Part shown: positions 47,742 through 57,228 of the stretch, one piece after another
Position numbering within the stretch: position 1 is the stretch's first letter
How the letters are laid out: each line of letters opens with the position of its first letter
Source of the DNA: an uncultured Bdellovibrionales bacterium
Lineage (GTDB): Bacteria > Patescibacteriota > Minisyncoccia > Moranbacterales > UBA1568
NCBI GenBank assembly: GCA_964612055.1
Contig: CAZTBI010000001.1
Span: 71,957-135,956, forward strand
Direction of reading: 5' to 3'
DNA: 64,000 bases
Program-made: the position numbers and the translations under genes
Notes under the pieces: model-generated
Told to the model about the DNA's origin: nothing
Seen by the model: only the letters and a program-made list of their open reading frames with translations
Databases searched by the model: none

Positions 47742-48977
47742 ATGGAAAATACCTCTTTCAACGAACAGGGCAACACTGTCATCGAGCAGCCTCTTCCTCC
47801 AAAAAGTTATAGCAAAGGAAAACTCGTTGTTTTTTTGATTCTCGCTCTCTTGTGTGGATTCGCTGGTGGCATGATCGCGCCAGCGCTCCAAGAGCGCTTT
47901 GCTCAGTATCTGCCTGAAATACTTCGGCCGATGAATTCGGTACTGGAAAAAAATACAGTGGTTCTTTCTGAGGAAAGCGCCGTAGCTGATTTGGTAGAAA
48001 AAAATTCTCCGGGGGTGGTCAGTATTGTTATTAGTAAAGATGTTCCCAAGGTGCGGAGCTTTTTTGGATTTCCGTTTTTTGATTCGGAAACTGGCAATGC
48101 GGAAACGAAAAAGCAGAAAGTGGGGAGTGGTTCCGGATTCTTTGTTTCATCGGATGGTTTGATTGTGACAAATAAACACGTGGTTGCTGATGAGGAAGCT
48201 GATTACACGGTTCTTCTGGGAAACGGGGATGAGTATAAGGCGACTGTCTTGGCGCGGGATCCGAGTAATGATATCGCGGTCATTCAAATTGAGGGCAAGG
48301 ATTTCCCTGTTTTGACACTGGGTGATTCCGAAAAGATTCGCGTGGGAGAAACCATCATCGCTATCGGTAATCCTCTGGGTGAGTTTGAAAACTCGGTCAG
48401 TCGAGGGATTGTCTCTGGTCTCCGTCGAAACCTCGATGCTGGTTCGGGTCTCGGTGATTCCGAACATCTTTCAGAGATTATCCAGATTGATGCCGCTATC
48501 AATCCTGGGAATTCCGGTGGGCCACTTTTCAATCTGGCGGGCGAAGTTATTGGCGTGAACGTTGCTATGGCTCAAGGAGCCGAAAATATCGGCTTTTCGC
48601 TCCCGATTAATCAGATCAAGCGCATCGTAGAACAAGTGCGTACCACGGGGAGACTTTCTTTCCCGTATCTGGGAGTGCGTTCTATTACCTTGGATGATGA
48701 ATTGAAGAAAAAGACTGGCCTCCCATTCAATTATGGGGCACTAGTGCTGCGTGGACAAACGGTGACGGATTTTGCTGTTGTGCCAGGCTCGCCAGCAGAC
48801 AAGGCTGGCATTGTCGAAAATGATATCATCCTTGAAATTGATGGCAAAAAAGTAGATACTGATCATAGCCTTGTCTCCTTCATGGCGCAGTATTCGGTTG
48901 GGGATGAAGTGACGGTAAAACTCTGGCACAAGGGAGAAGTGAAGGATGTGACCGTGAAGCTCGAAGAACGCCAGTAG
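47742..48977 (+). CDS. HtrA/DegP serine protease with PDZ domain
   Basis: Intact triad TNKHVV, NDIAV, INPGNSGGP; SPADKAG PDZ. Confidence 0.95.
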   Translation: MENTSFNEQGNTVIEQPLPPKSYSKGKLVVFLILALLCGFAGGMIAPALQERFAQYLPEILRPMNSVLEKNTVVLSEESAVADLVEKNSPGVVSIVISKDVPKVRSFFGFPFFDSETGNAETKKQKVGSGSGFFVSSDGLIVTNKHVVADEEADYTVLLGNGDEYKATVLARDPSNDIAVIQIEGKDFPVLTLGDSEKIRVGETIIAIGNPLGEFENSVSRGIVSGLRRNLDAGSGLGDSEHLSEIIQIDAAINPGNSGGPLFNLAGEVIGVNVAMAQGAENIGFSLPINQIKRIVEQVRTTGRLSFPYLGVRSITLDDELKKKTGLPFNYGALVLRGQTVTDFAVVPGSPADKAGIVENDIILEIDGKKVDTDHSLVSFMAQYSVGDEVTVKLWHKGEVKDVTVKLEERQ

Positions 48978-49016
48978 TACGGGAGATAATCTATTTAAAA
49001 GAAGATTGGCAACGAA

Positions 49017-49772
49017 ATGATTTTTCACCTTACTGTTTTTGTCTGGAGCTTAGCCTTTCTTGCTGGCCTTGAGGCGGTAGCACTCAATCCCATCTTTGCC
49101 TCTTGGAGTTGGTATCTTCTTTCTATTGGCGTGCTGGTCGCGATATCGCTCGGTGCCATTCGTCGTTTGACGGAGAATTCTTCAGATGCCTTTATTCCGA
49201 TTCTGCTTTCTCTCGCTTCGCCGACGCTCCTCTCGCTCGTCGATCATCCTGGTGAGCGGCAAGTGTTTGTTTTCCTAAGTGCGGTGATGTATTATTTCGC
49301 GCTCCTCGGGAACTACCGTCTCCACCATGCTCCTGCTGACAAAACGGGTGAGGCCTTTCTGAACTCAGCTGCGATGGCGGCCATGTTCTTCTTTTATGCC
49401 GGTCTGTACGGATTTTTTCTCAACTTCTCCTTTCCACTTTGGGGATTGATGCTTCTGTACTTTATTGGTACGGCACTGACCAGTTACGAGACGTTTATTA
49501 CCGTCGACAAGAAAGAACGCAAAAGAGTGATTCTCTACAGTGCGCTTCTCGGCTTTATCATGGGCGAGATGGTGCTCGTGATGAGTCTTTGGCCATTTGG
49601 GTACCTGACAACAGGGGCTCTCGGGACGATTCTTTTTTTCATCGCGTGGGATATTTCCTTTGATGCTTTTCGAGAGACGTTGTCATTGAAAAAGGCGATG
49701 ATTCGCATCCTATTTCTCATGATACTCGTCCTCCTTCTCCTTATCAGTTCTCCGTGGCGGATATTGGTGTAG
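49017..49772 (+). CDS. Polytopic membrane protein, unknown function
   Basis: About 8-9 hydrophobic segments. Confidence 0.7.
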   Translation: MIFHLTVFVWSLAFLAGLEAVALNPIFASWSWYLLSIGVLVAISLGAIRRLTENSSDAFIPILLSLASPTLLSLVDHPGERQVFVFLSAVMYYFALLGNYRLHHAPADKTGEAFLNSAAMAAMFFFYAGLYGFFLNFSFPLWGLMLLYFIGTALTSYETFITVDKKERKRVILYSALLGFIMGEMVLVMSLWPFGYLTTGALGTILFFIAWDISFDAFRETLSLKKAMIRILFLMILVLLLLISSPWRILV

Positions 49773-49882
49773 AGCGTATTCTTGTTGTTCGTGACGGTTT
49801 TGCGATAGAGTTTCTTGGGAGTGAAAAATTACATACTTTTGGGGAGTTGTTTCCCAAAAATACCTTCCCTTTTCTTTTTAAG

Positions 49883-50048
49883 GAATTCCTAAACCAAGCA
49901 ACCTCCCAAAGTACCGCTTGCTTGCCCCGGCGTGGCAAGCTGCTCTACGCTTCCACCCGCACTCTTTTTCTTCTGCCAGCTGGCAGAAGAAAAAACCATG
50001 CCCGTGCGGGCTCCAGAGTTACTTTGGAAGATTCTTGTTTAGGGATTC
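49883..50048. repeat. Structured intergenic element, family A copy 2
   Basis: Core shared with 9549-9706; outer stem and third hairpin differ in sequence but still pair. Confidence 0.9.
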
Positions 50049-50050
50049 TC

Positions 50051-50251
50051 GGTATGCGCAGCGTTTTCGAAAATATTTTCATTTTCTTCAGCCGTGTCCT
50101 GTCGGTCACATTTGTCATGAGTGTACCGGTAACAGTCGAGCGTAATGAGTGGCTTCCGTCAGATAGCTCCCTGTTCGGCGAAGCGATTGAGAAATGTTCG
50201 ATAGGACTAAAGGGGGAGAAAAGGGAACATATTTTTGAAAACGTACATACC
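50051..50251. repeat. Rod-like structured intergenic element, family B copy 1
   Basis: Nested stems; homologous to the reverse complement of 59346-59516. Confidence 0.88.
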
Positions 50252-50314
50252 ATTTTTTGTTCAGAGGCATTTCTTGCCGAAAATGGTGAAATATGATAGA
50301 AGTAAAGCACTGTT

Positions 50315-51499
50315 ATGGCATCATTTTTCATCAAAAAAGCCCTTCTTTTCAGTTTTTTAGCCATCATCGTGCTCATCTTGGGCGGGGTGGGGGGTGTTTT
50401 TTTTGAGCGTTCACTGGTGCCGCGTTTGGCTGCTACAGAATACTTTGGGAACTGGGATATCTTCAAGAAAGCCGCAGAGCACGTGACGGTCATCAACAAG
50501 ACTGAGCAGATCGTGATCCGTGAAGATGATACCGTTGAAAGAATCGTTTCTCAGCCAGCAACGGCAGTGGTGAATATCGTGGCTTTGCCTGGGGTAAAGG
50601 GTGCGAAGGGGAGTACGGCCGCTTTGGGCGCAGCCGCAGAGACGGTCGTGACGACTACGGGTGTGCTGCTGACGAATGACGGTCTGGTAGCGACCTACAG
50701 CGAGCTTCCTTTTGATACTGAAAAGACAGAGTATTCCATCTTGCTTTACGATGGCTCGATCCACCAAGCGACGTTTGCTGGTCGAGACAAGTTGACGAAT
50801 CTTTCATTTTTCCGAGTGAGCGATGCTTCCAATACGCCGGCCATTGCTTTTGCAAATTCCGATGACGCACGCGTAGGAAGAAAGCTGATTGCGATCGGGA
50901 ATACATTTGCGGAATATCAGAATCGTTTGGCCGTAGGTATCCTTTCCAATATCAATCGCATCTTCAATCTTTCTGGAAAAACGGTTGCTTCCTCAGAAAA
51001 GTGGGAAGGAGTCTTTGAGATGGATCTGGCTAGACCAGAATCGTTCGTCGGTGGTCCGGTGATCGGTTTCAATGGGGAGATGGTTGGTATCGTAGGAACA
51101 CTCGCCATCAACAATACACTCCAGTCGTTTGTCATTCCATCGAATGTGGTGCGCGATGCTCTTAATCGTCTGATCGCTGGGACATTGGAGAGGCGGCCGA
51201 TTCTTGGTGCGTACTATCTCTCGATTACGAAAGCTTTGGCACTGGGTCAAGGTCTCGCTCGTGATCGTGGGGCGCTTGTCTATTCGCGCTCTGGTTCCAC
51301 TGGTCTTGCCCTGATCGCTGATTCACCGGCCATGAAGGCTGGGATTCTGGCAGGGGATATTATTATCTCGGTAAACGGTACCGAAGTGAATCTCGACAAT
51401 CCGCTCCCAGAGATACTGTCACGCTTCAATGTTGGCGACACGCTTTCTCTGGTCATTCTCCGCAACAATGAGGAGCGGACCATCGAAGTGAAACTGTAA
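50315..51499 (+). CDS. HtrA-like protein with degenerate catalytic triad plus PDZ
   Basis: Same architecture as 47742-48977 but VATYSE, TNLSF and SFVGGP at the H/D/S positions. Confidence 0.85.
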   Translation: MASFFIKKALLFSFLAIIVLILGGVGGVFFERSLVPRLAATEYFGNWDIFKKAAEHVTVINKTEQIVIREDDTVERIVSQPATAVVNIVALPGVKGAKGSTAALGAAAETVVTTTGVLLTNDGLVATYSELPFDTEKTEYSILLYDGSIHQATFAGRDKLTNLSFFRVSDASNTPAIAFANSDDARVGRKLIAIGNTFAEYQNRLAVGILSNINRIFNLSGKTVASSEKWEGVFEMDLARPESFVGGPVIGFNGEMVGIVGTLAINNTLQSFVIPSNVVRDALNRLIAGTLERRPILGAYYLSITKALALGQGLARDRGALVYSRSGSTGLALIADSPAMKAGILAGDIIISVNGTEVNLDNPLPEILSRFNVGDTLSLVILRNNEERTIEVKL

Positions 51500-51564
51500 A
51501 TCTCTTCTCAAAAATACTGAAAAAAGAGGCTTGGTATAGCCTCTTTTTTGCTATCTCTAGGACA

Positions 51565-51593
51565 TTGACTTTTATACTAAAAAGTGATATAAT
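51565..51593 (+). promoter_or_regulatory. Near-consensus sigma70 promoter for the 51706 gene
   Basis: TTGACT-17 nt-TATAAT. Confidence 0.8.
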
Positions 51594-51705
51594 AGTAGGT
51601 CGTTGATTTTGTCGACGACGAGCACGTTTACAAGAAGAATAAGCATTCATCAATCTGGGCATCAGCCCATCATCAACGAGCGTTTGAGCTCACAAGGAGT
51701 TTGAC

Positions 51706-53034
51706 ATGGCACCACTGCCAGTTGATAAGATCCCGACTCATACCGGGTTCCATTTCGATGAGGTCCTGGGGATTTTCCAGATGTGGAATTATCCGCAGCA
51801 TTCCGAACCGCTTTTCCCTGGCATCAGCAACGCCAGTGTGGTTTTCTGGAATGCCGGCCGCAAGACGCCGGATGGCTACTACGCTGACGAAGGCTGGATC
51901 CGGAAGAATCGGATGTGTCCTGTCGGTTGTGGCGGCAGCATCTTTGACGAGCACCCCAAAGAAGAAGAGTCTGAGGAAGAGGAGCGCCTTCGTCCACAGA
52001 CCTGCGCGGCCCTGTTGGTTGCTCAGAAGCTCGGCATCGATCAGTTGCCACGGCTCCAGTCCTGCCTCCGATTCGCGGTGGAAGTCGATAACAATGCGAC
52101 GGATCATCCGCACAGCATTGCTGCGACCATCAAGAAGCTCCACAACAACCGTGAGACGACGCCGGGTCATGTCAGGAAGTGGGTGAAGGATCCGGAACAG
52201 GCAAAGAGGATCAAAGAACTCCTCCAGCGTCGGATCTCGATCGGTGATGTGTTCGAATGGGTGCAGCAAGGGATCTACGCCAAGATGTGCGAACAACCCC
52301 AGACCGACGACTTCACGATCGAAAAGATCGGTGAACTCATGCAGCTGCAAGGCATGCATGAACCGTTTTCGGCTGAGGACTGGTTGCGCATCGGCACTGA
52401 TGCGATGGAGCTCGATCAGTTGCTTTTTGACACGGTGACGGCTGAGCAGTACCAGGCGTTCAAGACCATTGTTCCTTTCCGAGGAATCGGCAGAGGGAGC
52501 AAGGTCATGGACATGAAGATCGCCGTAGTTCCGTCGGATGATGTGCGCATCGATCGTTACGCCCGATCAAAGTTGGGCGATCAAGTAGCGGTCACCGTCA
52601 TCAAAAGGTCGACTGGCAACATCGTCGTCATGGTGAACAAGTATTACGGTCTCCGTACCTATGACATCGCTCGGGCGATCAAGACGGAAGAATGTCTCAT
52701 GAGAGGCATCGAACTTCCGCGCTGGGATCAGATGAGGCGGCAGCTTCAGCACAGTGTGTGGTACTACCATGCGCCGGGCGGCAACCTCTTTAATGGGGCC
52801 AAGACCTCGCCGGATACGCCGCCGACCGTAATCCCGCTGCCGAGGATTGTCCAGTTGGTGAAGATGGCAGTTTCGTCTGAGGCGTTCGAATCGTCTCGGA
52901 GCGAATGCTGCCTGCAGGGGATCTGCAGTTCGACTCCACGGCAACCCTGTTCGTGGTACAAGTACGGCCTGTCCCGTTGTCAGACAATCCGCTTTGAAGC
53001 ACGACGTGACGCGGAGGCCGAGCTGAATAAGTAG
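51706..53034 (+). CDS. MYG1/DHH-like phosphoesterase-fold protein with Cys-rich C-terminus
   Basis: THTGFHFDEVLG and VGCGG..FDEH resemble MYG1 THxGxFHxDE and DVGG..FDHH; AAGGAG SD. Confidence 0.55.
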   Translation: MAPLPVDKIPTHTGFHFDEVLGIFQMWNYPQHSEPLFPGISNASVVFWNAGRKTPDGYYADEGWIRKNRMCPVGCGGSIFDEHPKEEESEEEERLRPQTCAALLVAQKLGIDQLPRLQSCLRFAVEVDNNATDHPHSIAATIKKLHNNRETTPGHVRKWVKDPEQAKRIKELLQRRISIGDVFEWVQQGIYAKMCEQPQTDDFTIEKIGELMQLQGMHEPFSAEDWLRIGTDAMELDQLLFDTVTAEQYQAFKTIVPFRGIGRGSKVMDMKIAVVPSDDVRIDRYARSKLGDQVAVTVIKRSTGNIVVMVNKYYGLRTYDIARAIKTEECLMRGIELPRWDQMRRQLQHSVWYYHAPGGNLFNGAKTSPDTPPTVIPLPRIVQLVKMAVSSEAFESSRSECCLQGICSSTPRQPCSWYKYGLSRCQTIRFEARRDAEAELNK

Positions 53035-53050
53035 GTTCCAAGCAACATTG

Positions 53051-53090
53051 AAAGACCCGAAAGACGAGAAACATCGTCCGGGTCTTTTTT
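53051..53090 (+). terminator. Intrinsic terminator
   Basis: AAAGACCCG...CGGGTCTTTTTT. Confidence 0.7.
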
Positions 53091-53142
53091 CTTTGACCAA
53101 AAGGCCAATTTCGGCTATGATGAAAGAAATTTAGCCTATTTT

Positions 53143-54378
53143 ATGAAACAATCACACCTGTTTACCAAGACTAAAAAAGAAGCTCCAAAGGATGAAGTGA
53201 GCCGCAATGCCCAGTTATTGATTCGGGCTGGCTATGTCTACAAAGTGATGGCGGGAGTCTATGCCTATACGCCACTTGGTCTGCGGGTGCTCGAGAACAT
53301 CAAGCGAATTGTCCGCGAGGAGATGAACACTATTGGCGGACAGGAGCTGATCATGACCAATCTGCAACGGAAAGACACCTGGGAGGTGACGGGACGCTGG
53401 AGTGATGAGGCGGTCGATGTGTGGTTCAAGACAAAGCTCCAAGATGGGGTGGAGCTCGGACTGGCTTGGAGTCACGAAGAGGCTATCATGGAAATGATGC
53501 AGCAGTTTGTGGAAAGTTACAAAGATTTACCGATCAGTGTCTACCAGTTCCAAACCAAACTGCGGAACGAACTGCGTGCCAAAAGCGGCATCATGCGTGG
53601 TCGTGAATTCGTGATGAAAGATATGTACTCGCTCCATGCGACAGAAAAGGACATGGATCAGTACTATGAGCGAGTTATCGAAGCGTACAAAAAGATCTAT
53701 CAGCGGCTTGGTATTGGTGATGAGACGTACGTGACCTTTGCGAGTGGCGGCGCTTTTACGAAGTTCAGTCATGAATTTCAGACGATTTGTACTGCTGGTG
53801 AAGATGTCTTGTATGTGAATGCCGACAGGACGGTGGCGGTCAATGAAGAAGTGCTCGATGATGCGACACAGGAGCTTGGTGTCGATAAAAAAACGTTGTC
53901 ACCAGTAACCACCGCGGAGGTCGGAAATATCTTCAAATTTGGTACGGAGAAGAGTGATAAGATGCATGTTGTATACAAGGATGCCGAAGGAAAGCAGCAA
54001 CCGATATATCTTGCTTCCTATGGAATCGGAATCACGCGTGTCATGGGGGTGATTGTAGAAAAGTTTTCTGACGATAAGGGCCTGGTATGGCCGGAGGCGG
54101 TAGCGCCGTTTCAGGTGCATTTGCTTTCGCTTGGAGCTGATGAAAAGGCAACCGAGATCTATGAGACACTGACCAAGGCTGGTATCGAGGTACTGTATGA
54201 CGATCGTGATCTTTCCGCTGGTGCTAAATTCGCTGAGAGTGACCTCTTGGGAATTCCGTGTCGGATCGTCGTTGGGAAGCGTTCTCTCGAGTCTGGTAAA
54301 GCGGAGGTGAAGAAACGGACCGAAGGGGACGCTACCGAAGTAGCCTTTGATGATCTCGTTTCGTTGTTTAGAAAATAA
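53143..54378 (+). CDS. proS: Prolyl-tRNA synthetase (short form without editing insertion)
   Basis: QLLIRAG, YQFQTKLRNELR...GIMRGREFVMKDMYS, EVGNIFKFG, SYGIGITR; promoter TTGACC-17-TATGAT at 53093. Confidence 0.96.
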   Translation: MKQSHLFTKTKKEAPKDEVSRNAQLLIRAGYVYKVMAGVYAYTPLGLRVLENIKRIVREEMNTIGGQELIMTNLQRKDTWEVTGRWSDEAVDVWFKTKLQDGVELGLAWSHEEAIMEMMQQFVESYKDLPISVYQFQTKLRNELRAKSGIMRGREFVMKDMYSLHATEKDMDQYYERVIEAYKKIYQRLGIGDETYVTFASGGAFTKFSHEFQTICTAGEDVLYVNADRTVAVNEEVLDDATQELGVDKKTLSPVTTAEVGNIFKFGTEKSDKMHVVYKDAEGKQQPIYLASYGIGITRVMGVIVEKFSDDKGLVWPEAVAPFQVHLLSLGADEKATEIYETLTKAGIEVLYDDRDLSAGAKFAESDLLGIPCRIVVGKRSLESGKAEVKKRTEGDATEVAFDDLVSLFRK

Positions 54379-54396
54379 CTTCTCAGTATACTTCGC

Positions 54397-55122
54397 ATGA
54401 ACGCTCATCAGAAAAAAGAACGGATCATCATTTCGCTCGGGGGATCGCTTTTGGTTCCGGAAAGTATTGATGCGGAGTTTGTCGGAAATTTCAAAAAGTT
54501 CATCGTTTCTCATATTAAAAAAGGGTATCGTTTTATTCTCGTGACTGGTGGTGGAAAAACAGCCCGGCGCTATATTGAAGCCGCTGGGCAGGTGACCAAA
54601 ATTACTGATGAGGATCGTGATTGGCTGGGTATTCATGCCACCCGTATGAATGCTCACTTGGTGCGTACTATTTTCCGTGAATATGCTCACCCGCGGATCA
54701 ACACCAACCCACACGACCTCGAAGATTTTTACTCAGCGCCGGAGCCGATCTTGGTGGCGGCTGGCTGGCGCCCGGGCTTCTCAACGGATTTTGATGCGGT
54801 GGTCATCGGAAAGTATCTCGATGTGAAGCGTATTATCAATTTGTCGAACATCGAACGTGTCTACGACAAGGATCCGCGTCTCCATGCTGATGCCACGCCG
54901 TATGACCACATGACTTGGAAAGGGTTTCGCAAAATCGTCGGGAGCAAGTGGAATCCAGGCATGAACGTGCCGTTTGATCCGATTGCTTCGCAGATGGCCC
55001 AAAAAGAGGGCATGGAAGTGGCTATCATGAATGGTGGCGACCTGAAAAATGTTACCAACTATGTTGCCGGGAAACCATTTATTGGCACTCTGATCAAGGA
55101 TGAATCTGAAACGACTGAGTAA
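54397..55122 (+). CDS. pyrH: UMP kinase (archaeal-type)
   Basis: ISLGGS, VTGGGKTARRY, D.LGI.AT..NA, PGFSTD, VYDKDP. Confidence 0.92.
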   Translation: MNAHQKKERIIISLGGSLLVPESIDAEFVGNFKKFIVSHIKKGYRFILVTGGGKTARRYIEAAGQVTKITDEDRDWLGIHATRMNAHLVRTIFREYAHPRINTNPHDLEDFYSAPEPILVAAGWRPGFSTDFDAVVIGKYLDVKRIINLSNIERVYDKDPRLHADATPYDHMTWKGFRKIVGSKWNPGMNVPFDPIASQMAQKEGMEVAIMNGGDLKNVTNYVAGKPFIGTLIKDESETTE

Positions 55123-55139
55123 CGATCGAAACGGATACT

Positions 55140-56108
55140 ATGGAAACAGTGAAAAAGATATTACTGGCATCTCCGAGAGGATTCTGCGCTGGAGTGGCTC
55201 GTGCCGTCAAAGCGGTAGAAGATACGCTTGAAATTTTCGGTGCGCCAGTCTATGTGAAGCACGAAATCGTGCATAATAAGCACGTGGTGAAGGATTTGGA
55301 GGGGAAGGGTGCCATCACCATAGAAACGCTTGATGAAGCTCCGGAAGGGGCGGTAGTGGTTTTTTCAGCTCACGGTTCGCCACCTCGGCACTATGCTGAG
55401 GCGAAGGCGCGTGGTATACGCCTCATTGACGCCACCTGTCCTTTGGTGACCAAGGTGCATCTCGAGGTGCAACGTTTTATCAAAGACGGTTACCAGATTA
55501 TTTATATTGGACACAAAGGGCATATCGAGGGCGTCGGTGTGTTGGGGGAAGCGCCCGGAGTAGAGATTCCTTTGATTGAAACCGTAGAAGATGTCTTGGG
55601 ACTCGAAATCGGCAATCCGGAAAAACTCGTGTATCTGACGCAGACGACTTTGTCACTTGATGATACGAAATCAGTTATTGAAGCACTGAAAAAGAAGTAC
55701 CCACAGATTATCGCGCCACCACTCGAAGATATCTGCTATGCGACGACCAATCGCCAGACAGCGGTAAAGGAGCTCGCCAAGGAATGCGAGTTGGTGCTGA
55801 TTGTTGGATCGAGATCGTCTTCCAATTCAACTCGTCTCATGGAAACAGCCAATGCCTATGGTTCTATCGCCTATCTCGTTGATGATGCTACGCACCTTGA
55901 TCCACTGTGGTTCAAAGAAGTGGAAGTAGTCGGTATCAGTGCGGGCGCCAGTGCCCCTGAACATTTGGTGCAAGATATTGTGCAGCGCATCATGTCTCTG
56001 AGTAAAGCGTCTGTCGAAGAGTTCATCGTCAAACCAGAAACCATGAAGTTTGTCGAACCGCTGGAACTTATGAAGATTCGTGCTGAAAAGAAAGTCTCTC
56101 AAGTATAA
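55140..56108 (+). CDS. ispH: 4-hydroxy-3-methylbut-2-enyl diphosphate reductase
   Basis: PRGFCAGV.RA, IVHN, FSAHG, DATCPLV.KVH, QTT, DICYATTNRQ, SAGASAPE. Confidence 0.97.
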   Translation: METVKKILLASPRGFCAGVARAVKAVEDTLEIFGAPVYVKHEIVHNKHVVKDLEGKGAITIETLDEAPEGAVVVFSAHGSPPRHYAEAKARGIRLIDATCPLVTKVHLEVQRFIKDGYQIIYIGHKGHIEGVGVLGEAPGVEIPLIETVEDVLGLEIGNPEKLVYLTQTTLSLDDTKSVIEALKKKYPQIIAPPLEDICYATTNRQTAVKELAKECELVLIVGSRSSSNSTRLMETANAYGSIAYLVDDATHLDPLWFKEVEVVGISAGASAPEHLVQDIVQRIMSLSKASVEEFIVKPETMKFVEPLELMKIRAEKKVSQV

Positions 56109-56112
56109 CTCT

Positions 56113-57228
56113 ATGCGTGTCGCCATTCAGGCTTCAGATCTGGATCATAGCCGTATCGATGGCACGCGTGTCTATCTCCGTGAATTACTTAAGCGTTTTG
56201 GAGTGCTTTCTCCCGAGACCGAGTTTGCTTTGTATCACAAAAAGACTTTTAATCCGGTTCTCGCGCCACCGGAATTTTCCAACTATTTCGTACGGACACT
56301 TTCGTTCCCGATCGCTTGGATGCAAACTAGGTTTGCCTGGGAACTTTTTCGGACAAAACCGAAGAAGTTATTTCTGCCCATTCAGGCTGCCCCGGTTTTT
56401 CTTCCAAACTCGGTCGAAGTCACGGCCACCATTCATGATCTCGCGTTCAAGCGTTACCCTGCAACCTTTCCCAAGAGGGATCTTTTCAAGCTTAATTTTA
56501 TGCTTGAAACAGCAGTGAAACGCGCTGATAAATTGATTGCTGTTTCAGAGTCAACGAAACGCGATCTCTTGGAATTTTTCCCAAAGCTAGCGCCATCAAA
56601 GATCCGGGTTATTCATCATGGTTTTGATGGTGAATTTTTTGGTACTCGAGTTTCTCAAGAGGAACTTGCTTCCAGACTTAAAAAATATCAGCTTCATGAA
56701 AAGGACTACTGCCTCTATGTCGGCGCTCTTCAACCAAGAAAGAATCTCACACGATTGATTCAGGCATTTGAACAGGCCAAAAAGGCAGTGCCAGAAATGA
56801 AACTGGTCTTGGCAGGGGAGGCGGCCTGGTTGGCGGAAAGTATTCTCACGGTGCGGGAGAAAAGTGTCTATCGAGAGGATATCCTTTTGATGGGTAGGGT
56901 GTCGTTTGAAGATGTGCGAGCGCTCTATCAAGGGGCCCGCTTGTTTGTGTTTCCATCTTTGTACGAGGGTTTTGGCTTACCGATTCTCGAAGCTTTTGCT
57001 TCAGGGGTTCCAGTACTCACAGCGAGTAACTCCAGTCTGACCGAAGTAGCGGGCCGTGCAGCGCTCTACTGCAATGCTGAGAGTGTTCCGGATATTGCAG
57101 AGAAATTGGAGTATCTTTGGAGAGATGAGGCGCTCCGCAAGAACTTGGTTGCTCGAGGAACGGAACAATTGAAGCATTTTTCCTGGGAAAAGTGTGCCAA
57201 GGAGACGCTCGGGTACATTCTTTCCTGA
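56113..57228 (+). CDS. GT4 glycosyltransferase
   Basis: TIHDL, PRKNL, FPSLYEGFGLPILEA. Confidence 0.93.
   Translation: MRVAIQASDLDHSRIDGTRVYLRELLKRFGVLSPETEFALYHKKTFNPVLAPPEFSNYFVRTLSFPIAWMQTRFAWELFRTKPKKLFLPIQAAPVFLPNSVEVTATIHDLAFKRYPATFPKRDLFKLNFMLETAVKRADKLIAVSESTKRDLLEFFPKLAPSKIRVIHHGFDGEFFGTRVSQEELASRLKKYQLHEKDYCLYVGALQPRKNLTRLIQAFEQAKKAVPEMKLVLAGEAAWLAESILTVREKSVYREDILLMGRVSFEDVRALYQGARLFVFPSLYEGFGLPILEAFASGVPVLTASNSSLTEVAGRAALYCNAESVPDIAEKLEYLWRDEALRKNLVARGTEQLKHFSWEKCAKETLGYILS

Noticed and set aside
50110-50200. Hammerhead ribozyme in family B (TGATGAG-like sequence)
   Set aside because: No CUGAUGA plus GAAA core with three stems; copy 1 reads TCATGAG.
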